Source of the DNA: a virus
Reading direction: 5' to 3' (one strand)
DNA: 64,000 bases
Virus record (IMG/VR): IMGVR_UViG_3300042307_001176
Span: 1-64,000 of that record
Part shown: piece by piece, positions 46,096 to 54,761 of the stretch
How positions within the stretch are numbered: the first letter of the stretch is position 1
Layout of the letters: each line of letters begins with the position of its first letter
Notes under the pieces: model-generated
What the model was told of the DNA's origin: nothing
Databases searched by the model: none
The model's input: the letters and a program-made list of their open reading frames with translations, nothing else
Program-made: the position numbers and the translations under genes

Positions 46096-47804
46096 TAGTC
46101 TGATTTTCCTGTTTTTATTATATAAAATACCGAAGACCCACCGGCCGTCGGATTAGTTAATGTTATGCTTTGTGATCCTGGATAAGATGGTACCGGATTT
46201 CCTGGGTGTGAATTTATTAATGTAAATTCTGTCTGCGTAATAATTCTATAATTAGGTACTCCAATAGGCCACGATAATCCATTTATTTTCATGTATATCC
46301 AATATATATCAGTAACAGAAAGTGTAGAATTAGTATTCACATCCATTCTATAGTAGTCCATTTTTTGAAAATTCTGATTCAATATTTTATCAATAAAGAA
46401 ATTTACGTCTAAATTATTTGGTAGATCTACAGACAAATTATCTAGTGTAACTTGAAAATCATAAATTGCTGTATCCAGCTGAGTAGTTATTGAAAAACTT
46501 CCTAATGAATTTGTAGTATAAGTCTGTAGTAACGTATATGTTAATCCTGATTTTAATTTATAAAATAACTTAACTGATATTCCAGGAACAGCTATAGATT
46601 TAGAGTTGTATATAATCCCTGAATACGTAAATGGAATAGGATAGTTTACTGTAGCAATGACTGGTGTTCTTGAAGAGCTAACACATCCACTTGTTGTGTT
46701 TCTTGACTGAGCATAGTATGTTGTTGTATTTGATATACTAGGTGTAGTGTAATTAGTAACACCTAGACCATTTGATAACACATTTCCCCCAATTGAGTTT
46801 GCGTACCAATCTACAGTAGATCCGGAAGGAGGGGTTGCAGATAAAGCAACAGTTCCAGCCAGCATCCTACTTCCGTTAATACCACCAGGAGCATTAGGAG
46901 CATTTGCAGCAGTACAAGATATTTGGTGGGTAACAAACCCGGTATAAAACTGTGTAAATGTTTGGTTAGCTGGATCAGTCCACGTACCGTATTCGATTAC
47001 ATAGGGACAAGAAAAATTATTTGGTAAATCGTTCCATTGGGATCCGTTCCATTTAGTAACAGCATAGTGTTCACCCCCTGCGTTATTAGGTTCTCCTCCA
47101 GCCCAGTTATTATATTGACCAGCTATGTTACCCGCAAATTGACCATTTTGAGTTTTAATTAAAGTTCCATTTTCTGGACCTGCATCTATTCTCCAATACC
47201 CTTCTTGAGCAACATCGGATAGTGCAAACCATATTTGAGACTGAGGTACATTATTATATATGAATGCGTCTTCGTCTGCTGATGTGATAGTTACTAAATA
47301 CCCAGTTTGCCCTTTAAACGTGGTAGCTGCAGCTGCAGATTTAGCTGAACTGTAAAATGCACCAGTTGAGATCGGTCTATAGAAATGTCCATTAGATGGA
47401 AGATAAAAGTACCCAACAGGATTCTCTGTAGCAGTTACTGCAATGTAAACATTACCTGGGATAGATCCAGTATTTAATCTTAAAGAAGCCAATACGCTAT
47501 TTACATTAGATAATGTCCCAGTAAAACTTATTCTCGTAAAGTTTGCTGTAATATTGTATCCAGTACTAGCAGTTACTCCTGCAGTTGTATTTAGTCTTAA
47601 TGTTGTTCCTGAAGGTGGATTAACCAATCCTATTGTGATTAGTAGAGTTGAAGAGGCATTAAATCCCGTTACTGAGAATCCACTTATAATTTGGTTAGAT
47701 GTATTTTGAGGGTATGATGATGCACTTGGTGCCACAACACTCTGTGCACTTAAAGAAGTCCAAGTGAATAATATTATTGCCCAATTACAAATCTTGTACC
47801 ACAT
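46095..47804 (-). CDS. secreted C-type lectin, Ig-like and dockerin-like protein; start likely 47804
   Basis: GYLVTITS..E, EG.W, WAGGEPNN, WNDL; TTTYYAQ Ig repeat; DVNTNSTLSVTD. Confidence 0.8.
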   Translation of the reverse strand: MWYKICNWAIILFTWTSLSAQSVVAPSASSYPQNTSNQIISGFSVTGFNASSTLLITIGLVNPPSGTTLRLNTTAGVTASTGYNITANFTRISFTGTLSNVNSVLASLRLNTGSIPGNVYIAVTATENPVGYFYLPSNGHFYRPISTGAFYSSAKSAAAATTFKGQTGYLVTITSADEDAFIYNNVPQSQIWFALSDVAQEGYWRIDAGPENGTLIKTQNGQFAGNIAGQYNNWAGGEPNNAGGEHYAVTKWNGSQWNDLPNNFSCPYVIEYGTWTDPANQTFTQFYTGFVTHQISCTAANAPNAPGGINGSRMLAGTVALSATPPSGSTVDWYANSIGGNVLSNGLGVTNYTTPSISNTTTYYAQSRNTTSGCVSSSRTPVIATVNYPIPFTYSGIIYNSKSIAVPGISVKLFYKLKSGLTYTLLQTYTTNSLGSFSITTQLDTAIYDFQVTLDNLSVDLPNNLDVNFFIDKILNQNFQKMDYYRMDVNTNSTLSVTDIYWIYMKINGLSWPIGVPNYRIITQTEFTLINSHPGNPVPSYPGSQSITLTNPTAGGSSVFYIIKTGKSD

Positions 47805-49471
47805 GTTATAGTATAATTTAAAGCGCTTGTTTTTAAATCCCAAGCTCCTCCGCCATTTATATTAAATTTGAATTTCTTAGTTATTTTTATGTTTGTTCCT
47901 ATACTTGGAAGCATCACATACGGTGATTTTAAAAGTACATCGTTATAATAACTTACATAAGGAGCATAAACCATTAAATTCATTAGTTTTATATCAAATC
48001 TTTTACCTACCCTAAAATCATATGTTCCACCCACTATTAATGCAGTTCCTAGAAATGATTCCCTATATACTGTACCGTATGAAACCGTGGCCATGTAAAG
48101 CAATTTAAGATTCTTTGGTTTTTTTATATTAAACATTTGTCCTGCTGCAAATGTTCCGTATAATGATCTATTACCTTCGAAACCTATTGTTAAAGTACCT
48201 GAAGTCAATATAATAGACTTAGGTCTTATCCATGCATAAAATGTTGTTATGTTAGGTCCTTTTAATGCTGATGTGTAATCTACAAGAGCACCATAGCTTC
48301 TTTTTCCGTCCCATCTCATCGATGTATATCCTCCTGTTGCTTTAGCACCAGTCTTAACTTCTGAGTTTTTAAAATTGAATCCTATAAAATCAGCACTTCC
48401 AACAACAGTTGGTTTTCCCCCTTCCTTACTAGTTGGTGTTGATTTAATTGTAGTAGAAGCACCTGCAGTTATATTTGTTTTGCCTTGTCCTTGTTCAGAT
48501 TGTGTGTTTGTTTGTCCTTCTTCCGTCTGCCCGTTAGAATTATTATTTCCTGAACCATTCCCATTATTCCCAGTGCTACCAGTATTACCATTGGGATTAT
48601 TATTACTAGATTCTCCATTTCCTGATGTTTGATTATTTGTTTGCGCATTCTCCGATTCTTGAGAAGTTGTATTACTGTTTTGCTGTTCCCCTTGTGTGCT
48701 TGTTGTTCCTTGAGTTTGTGTTGTTGTACCTTCCCCTGTAGTATTTGTTTGTCCGTTTTGAGTATTTCCACCACTAGTAGTTGTTGTGTTTCCTGGTCCT
48801 TGAGGTGTATTGGTTGTATTTCCTGTATTTTGTCCACCTTCAGGTTGGGATCCTGATCCTCCGTTTGTTGATCCTTGCCCTTCCTGTTGAGATCCAGATC
48901 CTCCGTTTGTTGATCCAGGTTCAGTATTTTGAGACCCTTCCTGCTGAGATCCTGTATTATTAGTCTGATTTTGAGATCCGTTTTCCTGTGTCTGTGTGTT
49001 ATTTGCTGATTCGTTATTGTTATTTTTTTTATTTTCTTTTTTTCCTTCACTCTTTCCTCCACCAGCATTAGAAACTGAATTTACTGATCCGCCTAATATA
49101 TTTGTTGATCCTGCTATATCTGATATAGTTGATAAAGAATTTAAAATACCTATTACATTTAATGCGGTACTTTGTGTTACGTTTACTGCTGTCCCTAGTC
49201 CAACTATTTCTGAGCAAGGACTATTTGTTCCGTATTGTGAAAATATGTTACTTGCCCACGCCTCAAAATTTCCATTAGTAAAATCGTTATAGCTAAAAGA
49301 TCCTATTGATCCATAATATCCTACTGTAACGTTTCCATTTATAGGGACTATTATTGTTTTATCGTTACCTGTACATGGATCGGTATAGGTGTAGTTGTAT
49401 GTCTGTGCACTTATTTTATAAGAACTGAATAGACAAACAAATAAGAGTAATATAATTGCATTTGGTTTCAA
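47774..49471 (-). CDS. secreted protein with Q/N/G/T-rich linker and C-terminal beta-barrel-like domain
   Basis: signal peptide; ~190 aa low-complexity tract; alternating amphipathic strands ending CGTRFVIGQ. Confidence 0.7.
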   Translation of the reverse strand: MKPNAIILLLFVCLFSSYKISAQTYNYTYTDPCTGNDKTIIVPINGNVTVGYYGSIGSFSYNDFTNGNFEAWASNIFSQYGTNSPCSEIVGLGTAVNVTQSTALNVIGILNSLSTISDIAGSTNILGGSVNSVSNAGGGKSEGKKENKKNNNNESANNTQTQENGSQNQTNNTGSQQEGSQNTEPGSTNGGSGSQQEGQGSTNGGSGSQPEGGQNTGNTTNTPQGPGNTTTTSGGNTQNGQTNTTGEGTTTQTQGTTSTQGEQQNSNTTSQESENAQTNNQTSGNGESSNNNPNGNTGSTGNNGNGSGNNNSNGQTEEGQTNTQSEQGQGKTNITAGASTTIKSTPTSKEGGKPTVVGSADFIGFNFKNSEVKTGAKATGGYTSMRWDGKRSYGALVDYTSALKGPNITTFYAWIRPKSIILTSGTLTIGFEGNRSLYGTFAAGQMFNIKKPKNLKLLYMATVSYGTVYRESFLGTALIVGGTYDFRVGKRFDIKLMNLMVYAPYVSYYNDVLLKSPYVMLPSIGTNIKITKKFKFNINGGGAWDLKTSALNYTITCGTRFVIGQ

Positions 49472-50214
49472 TTTTTAAATATCCCTTTCGTAATCATTCT
49501 GCTTACCACTCTTGACGATGCGGTTTCTAAAGCTTTCTTTGTGGATATACCTATAGTTGATTGATTAAATTTAACATCATCTGAAATATCACCTAAAATA
49601 TTAGATGTTTTTACTGTGCTTGCTTCACCTAATCCAGATCCCACAATAACTTGACTTGTTTCAGCATCTACGAATTTTATTTGTAATCCTAATCTTGTTG
49701 TTTGTGTAGTTGTTTGTTGTCCGTTAATCTTAACAACCTCATCTTCAGAAACACTAAAGTCATATACTTCAATGTATACAAAATATTTGGCTAGTATTAC
49801 ATTTCCTTTTACGTCTATTTTGTTAACTGATATACCCTTATCTGAAGCTTTATCTTGTGATATCATTCTTTGCTTAATATCTTCTTTTTCTTCAGTGAAT
49901 ATGAATCTACCAGTATACTCTAGATATTCTATAACTATATTGGTTACACCTAAGCCTACCCTTTTGTCTTTGAGCTCTGGATATAATTCATATAATTCCT
50001 CATTTATACCAATCTTTAAAAGCTGTATAGGAACTTGTATTGTGTCTGTATAATCTGCAACATCGTTTATAGATTGCTTTTTTTCAAACTCTGCCTGATA
50101 TTGTTCAGTTTTTACTGAGCCAATACCACCGCCATTATTTTGAGGTGGCTGTGCCTGTAAATTTTTACAACCAAATAAGCTTAATATTGATATTATGAAT
50201 ATTATTTTTTTCAT
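49468..50214 (-). CDS. CsgG/HfaB-like lipoprotein; start likely 50214
   Basis: MKKIIFIISILSLFGC lipobox; GVTNI...L..TGRF...E, VYDF, IKFVDAETSQV..GSG.G. Confidence 0.75.
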   Translation of the reverse strand: MKKIIFIISILSLFGCKNLQAQPPQNNGGGIGSVKTEQYQAEFEKKQSINDVADYTDTIQVPIQLLKIGINEELYELYPELKDKRVGLGVTNIVIEYLEYTGRFIFTEEKEDIKQRMISQDKASDKGISVNKIDVKGNVILAKYFVYIEVYDFSVSEDEVVKINGQQTTTQTTRLGLQIKFVDAETSQVIVGSGLGEASTVKTSNILGDISDDVKFNQSTIGISTKKALETASSRVVSRMITKGIFKN

Positions 50215-50216
50215 TT

Positions 50217-50858
50217 TTACTCTTCTATTTGACTTCTTAATAATCCACATGTTTGGCATTCTTCAAAACCATCACCATCTGAGTCTCCCCAAATATGCTC
50301 GCAATTTCTATGTTCAAAGTATTCATCAATATCTCCATCGCCATCAGTATCGTAACCGTCATTTACTCCGTCACCATCTTCGTCAACTTCAACTTTTTGT
50401 GATTCGTTTACAATATATTGTTCTACAGGAGAAAAATATTCAACTGCCGGTTCCTCTTCGTAAACTTCCTCTACGTCTTCAGTTTTTTTTTCGGCGGTAG
50501 GTGAATCCATGGAAGGATCAGCAACATTAGAAAGAGTTACACCATCTTCTTCGTCAACTTTTTGAATTAGCATTTTATCTCTATCTTCAGAATTGAACCA
50601 ATAATCTACTACTTTATTTAAGTTACCTACAAATGCTCCTAATAGTATTAATAGCATTTCTTTCCAATCTTCTCCGATGCTCTTTCCTAAAAATACGCCA
50701 GCATTAATACCTAATATAATAAGAGTAAATAATCCTAATACGATTGCTGTTATTCTCCATCTATTTGCTTGCATCTGTTGAAGCATGTAGTAGAACCTAT
50801 TTTTATCTTCTACTTTGACATAGTCAGTTTTACTGTTAAAGAAATTTTTAATTGCCAT
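50217..50858 (-). CDS. two-TM protein with acidic DxDGDG Ca-binding-like repeats and C-terminal CxxC
   Basis: LLILLGAFVGNLNKVVDYWF; DEDGDG.NDG.DTDGDGD; CEH..CQTC. Confidence 0.7.
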   Translation of the reverse strand: MAIKNFFNSKTDYVKVEDKNRFYYMLQQMQANRWRITAIVLGLFTLIILGINAGVFLGKSIGEDWKEMLLILLGAFVGNLNKVVDYWFNSEDRDKMLIQKVDEEDGVTLSNVADPSMDSPTAEKKTEDVEEVYEEEPAVEYFSPVEQYIVNESQKVEVDEDGDGVNDGYDTDGDGDIDEYFEHRNCEHIWGDSDGDGFEECQTCGLLRSQIEE

Positions 50859-50881
50859 TTTTTTTTATTTTTTTTATTTTT

Positions 50882-51223
50882 TTACCAAGATTCCTCTTCC
50901 TCTTTTTTAGGTTTAATAGGTTCTTGTGTTGTTGGTGCAGGTTTTTCAATAATTCTTTCGTGTATAATTGTATTACCTCCACCATTTTCAGTCTTTTGTT
51001 TATTCTCCTGATTTTGCTCTACATTGATAGTAATTGGTGCTTGTCCCCCAGATTGTTCTGTTTTATTTTCCTCTGCTGGTTCGTCGCTACCGCCTCCGAA
51101 CAATGTAGTACTTAACCATATTCCACCGCCTGCAATTACTGTAGTTAGTGTTCCGATGATTGTCTTTTTTAATCCAGACCAAGTTCCATCATTAGTCTCT
51201 GGTGCATTTGTTTCTTCGCTCAT
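50882..51223 (-). CDS. single-TM protein with disordered tail
   Basis: IIGTLTTVIAGGGIWL. Confidence 0.7.
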   Translation of the reverse strand: MSEETNAPETNDGTWSGLKKTIIGTLTTVIAGGGIWLSTTLFGGGSDEPAEENKTEQSGGQAPITINVEQNQENKQKTENGGGNTIIHERIIEKPAPTTQEPIKPKKEEEESW

Positions 51224-51227
51224 ATTT

Positions 51228-53159
51228 TTATTTTATTTTAGCTATTTTTTCCACTATAGTTTTTCCGTTTTCTGTAGATAGAGTTACGAAATATAATCCT
51301 GATTGTAATCTGCCAAGATCTGTACAGTAAGAAAATTGTCCATTTGGTACTTGACCAGTTAATATTGTAGCTAGCTTCCTTCCTTGTAAATCCGATACAT
51401 ATAAAGTAGCATTTGATGTTTCTGATAGGCTAAATGTTATTGTGACATCTTTTTCAAATGGATTAGGATAAACTATCATAGAGTTTGAATCTAATAATTG
51501 TCCATTAGATATCTTTAATACTTGAAGTATTCCATTTGTTGGTGTTAGAGTTAAATCTTTAGAATTTGCTGCATTTCCTGCAAATTTTCTGGTAGTGTAT
51601 AAAGGACTCTCATCCCATTGATTTTGCGGTTGAAGTGCTACGAATTGTAGTGTAACAACATCGTCTCCATTTTTTAAAGTATTCTGACTGTTAGTAATAT
51701 CATATCCTCCCCAATCTATTTCACCGTCGTTTGCATTAATATAAGTTAACCATTTCATTGCAGAAGATGATGAATAAACTCCTTTGAATAAAAGTAAGTC
51801 TGAATTATATTTCAATCCAAATTGTAGTGAGTTTAGTTCAATACCATTAGTTAATACTTTAACTGGTATATTTACTAAGTTACCCTCTTGAACTGATATG
51901 TGAGGCACATTAACTTCTATAGAAGATGTTGGGAAATCATATTCAACTTTAGTGTCTATTACATTATAGATCTGATTCTCTAATCCTGGTGCAGGTCCTA
52001 CAAGAACTTCAATTGGAGTTACACGAGCCATATGATAACCTGTACCATTAGCATCACCAGGTACAACTACGTAATAAATAACCGAATCTGGTTGACCTGG
52101 CAATATATCGAATGTAAAGTTTGTTGCTCCTGATATTGACGCAGTATAGTTAGTTGATGATCCATTAATAGTATTGTATTCTGTCTGTGTAAAGAATTTA
52201 ACATCTTCGGTATTATTAGGCCATACTGAGAATCTTCCAGAAATTCTACCGAATACCCCATATGCGTCAGATATCGTTATATTATCTGATTCATTAACAT
52301 CTGCTGCATAATAATTAAATCCTGTCATTGTACCGTTACCTAATACCCATTGATTTATTAACTGTGCATCTGCAGTTGAAATAACATTACCTACTGCCAT
52401 TGAATCTCCTTGTACTGCTAATCTTACATCCCAATAAGTAGTATCTAAAGGAACCGAGATAGCAAAGTCTCCGTTTATGTCAGTAGTATAAGCCGAGTGT
52501 TGTGTCCAAGTATTACCTCCTAGTGGTCTTCTCTGTAATGCTAATGTTAAGTTCTTAGCTGGTGTTCCGGTTACATTATTAAATGTTCCGTGATATGCAA
52601 AGTTTTGAAATATAAAGTTACCACCATAACTGTGTATATTTAAAGTCGTATCTGTTCCATCCTGTTTTGCTGAATACGGAGGAAATGTATTAGCTGCTGG
52701 AACAACCGACCAAGCTAATGGTGTGATAGATGCTAAGTTATTAAATATTGATGAAGCAGCGTGTGTGAAAGTAATCTCGAATCTTTCTCCATCTGGTAAT
52801 GTATATACAGAACTAGCTCCAGTATAAACTAATGTCATAGTTACATAACCGTTTGCGGCACTTGTTATATACTGAAAATCTAAGTTGGTTGGAGATCCTA
52901 AAAGAGATACAGTAGCATTAGTGAATGCTATTTTATCATAGAATACTCTGAATTGTACACCTGTATATTTAGTAAGAGTTGTATTTTTTAAAGTGACCTT
53001 TGCTGTGGTAAATCCTTGTGTAGTTGTACCGACTGTGTAATTAGTGTCGATTATGGCCCATATACCAGTAGAAGGTGCTGGTGGACCAGATTGTGAAAAT
53101 AAGTTAAGAGTTAGCGTCATAAAAAACGCTAGAACACTTAACATTCTTAATGTCCTCAT
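51228..53159 (-). CDS. T9SS-CTD secreted protein with cohesin-like and dockerin-like domains
   Basis: signal peptide; GVQFRVFYD and LQFGLKYN cohesin-like strands; DVNESDNITISD, GDANG; C-terminal VYPNP..DLQGR..SGLYFV..KIAK. Confidence 0.85.
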   Translation of the reverse strand: MRTLRMLSVLAFFMTLTLNLFSQSGPPAPSTGIWAIIDTNYTVGTTTQGFTTAKVTLKNTTLTKYTGVQFRVFYDKIAFTNATVSLLGSPTNLDFQYITSAANGYVTMTLVYTGASSVYTLPDGERFEITFTHAASSIFNNLASITPLAWSVVPAANTFPPYSAKQDGTDTTLNIHSYGGNFIFQNFAYHGTFNNVTGTPAKNLTLALQRRPLGGNTWTQHSAYTTDINGDFAISVPLDTTYWDVRLAVQGDSMAVGNVISTADAQLINQWVLGNGTMTGFNYYAADVNESDNITISDAYGVFGRISGRFSVWPNNTEDVKFFTQTEYNTINGSSTNYTASISGATNFTFDILPGQPDSVIYYVVVPGDANGTGYHMARVTPIEVLVGPAPGLENQIYNVIDTKVEYDFPTSSIEVNVPHISVQEGNLVNIPVKVLTNGIELNSLQFGLKYNSDLLLFKGVYSSSSAMKWLTYINANDGEIDWGGYDITNSQNTLKNGDDVVTLQFVALQPQNQWDESPLYTTRKFAGNAANSKDLTLTPTNGILQVLKISNGQLLDSNSMIVYPNPFEKDVTITFSLSETSNATLYVSDLQGRKLATILTGQVPNGQFSYCTDLGRLQSGLYFVTLSTENGKTIVEKIAKIK

Positions 53160-53265
53160 TTTTTTTAGTTATTTAGTTGGTTGTCTACATATATATTTTT
53201 TACCCGTAAAAAAACTGCTAGCATTTTAAAAAATATATTAAATATTTAAAATAATTGAATTAAAA

Positions 53266-53345
53266 TTAAAAAGGGCCAAGGTGGTTGCGATTTCCTTGAC
53301 CCTTAGATTATTACTTGCGTAACATCACGGTCCTAAGCCGTGTAA
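53266..53345 (-). ncRNA. three-hairpin structured RNA or attenuator-like leader
   Basis: CACGG-cttagga-CCGTG; TTAC-GCAA-GTAA; AAGGGTCAAGG..CCTTGGCCCTT plus U-run (G-U pair only on the minus strand); GATATATA upstream at 53387-53394. Confidence 0.55.
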
Positions 53346-53401
53346 GATTGAAATTTTCGAGTCTTTATATAGTATAAATATTATATTATATATCTAAAAT
53401 T

Positions 53402-53578
53402 ATGGAAGAAAAATTAGAAATAACACAGGGAAGAAAGTTAGAAGGAAGTAGATTAGAATTGTACGAGCTATTTAGAAAAAAACACCACAAAGGAAATAAA
53501 GAAGCACAAACAAAAATGTGTTTGCAAATAGCAGACGAAAGAATTAAAGTATATATAGACATATTTAAAGAAAAATAG
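53402..53578 (+). CDS. 58 aa hypothetical protein
   Basis: MEEKLEITQGRKLEGSRLELYELFRKKHH..., translated by hand. Confidence 0.55.
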   Translation: MEEKLEITQGRKLEGSRLELYELFRKKHHKGNKEAQTKMCLQIADERIKVYIDIFKEK

Positions 53579-53622
53579 AATTTTCTTTTTTTATATTAAA
53601 TATAAATACTTACATTTGGAAT

Positions 53623-53877
53623 ATGAGAAAAAAAATTTTAATATCATCATTAATTTCTTTATCATTTTTATCATCTTGCTTAGAAATCAAGGAGAAAAGA
53701 GAAATTATTAAATGCGTAGTTGTTTCATGTGAAGAAATAACTCCCGTTTCTATACACGACGAAATGAATATTCCTCTGGGATACAGATTAGAAACATCTT
53801 GCGGAAGATCATTTAAGAGTAAGGTCAAGTACTCCTCCGGGGACACTATAGATGTTACTCGCGTTAGTTATCGATAG
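53623..53877 (+). CDS. small lipoprotein
   Basis: lipobox LSSC; TSCG...KY..GD resembles the C-terminus of 31900..32340; TACATTTG upstream. Confidence 0.65.
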   Translation: MRKKILISSLISLSFLSSCLEIKEKREIIKCVVVSCEEITPVSIHDEMNIPLGYRLETSCGRSFKSKVKYSSGDTIDVTRVSYR

Positions 53878-53918
53878 TTTTTGTTAGACTGGGAATATAT
53901 AATGAAAAATATATTCTT

Positions 53919-54740
53919 ATGTTACTTAAAAATGGATCAAAAGGAGATGATGTAAAAAAACTCCAAGAAAAATTAGGACTGGCCTCAGATGGTTCTTTCG
54001 GTCCCGGTACAGAAGCTAAAGTTAAAGAATGGCAAGCAGCTAATGGATTAACAGCAGATGGTATTGTCGGCGATGGTACTTGGTCTAAAATGTTCGGTTC
54101 AGCACCAATTGCAGCAGCACCAATTTCTATTCCTTCTTCATCTTTTAAGTTGGAAAATTTAAAAGGACACGTTCCCGATTCAGTTCTTGCACAGATCCCA
54201 GATACAGCAGCTAAATTTAATATTACAAATACATTAAGACTTGCTCACTTCTTAGCACAGTGTGGTCATGAGTCTGGAGGCTTTAAAGCAGTTTCAGAGA
54301 ATCTAAACTACTCTGCTGACGGTCTTAAAAAAATCTTCCCTAAATATTTCCCCGGTAATCTTAATGAGTCTTATGCAAGACAGCCAGAGAAAATTGCTTC
54401 AAGAGTTTACGGAAGCAGAATGGGTAATGGCGATGAATCTTCTAAAGAAGGATACAAATTTAGAGGTAGAGGCTATATTCAATTAACTGGTAAATCTAAT
54501 TATTCTTCTTTTGATAAATTAGTAGAGGATGATATCGTAGGAAATCCAGATTTAGTTGCTACTAAATACCCTTTAATGTCTGCAGCATTTTTCTTTAATA
54601 ATAATAGCCTTTGGTCTATTTGTGATAAAGGAGCAGATGATGCTACAGTTACTGCAGTAACAAAAAGAGTAAATGGAGGTACTATTGGATTATCTGATAG
54701 AATTAAACACTTTAAAGAGTATTACGCATTACTTAAATAA
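53919..54740 (+). CDS. endolysin: PG-binding domain plus GH19 chitinase/lysozyme
   Basis: DG.FGP.TE..VK.WQ..GL.ADG.VG; HFLAQCGHES, ENLNYS, FRGRGYIQLTG, TKRVNGG..GL.DR. Confidence 0.92.
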   Translation: MLLKNGSKGDDVKKLQEKLGLASDGSFGPGTEAKVKEWQAANGLTADGIVGDGTWSKMFGSAPIAAAPISIPSSSFKLENLKGHVPDSVLAQIPDTAAKFNITNTLRLAHFLAQCGHESGGFKAVSENLNYSADGLKKIFPKYFPGNLNESYARQPEKIASRVYGSRMGNGDESSKEGYKFRGRGYIQLTGKSNYSSFDKLVEDDIVGNPDLVATKYPLMSAAFFFNNNSLWSICDKGADDATVTAVTKRVNGGTIGLSDRIKHFKEYYALLK

Positions 54741-54761
54741 TATAAATATTACAAAAAAATT

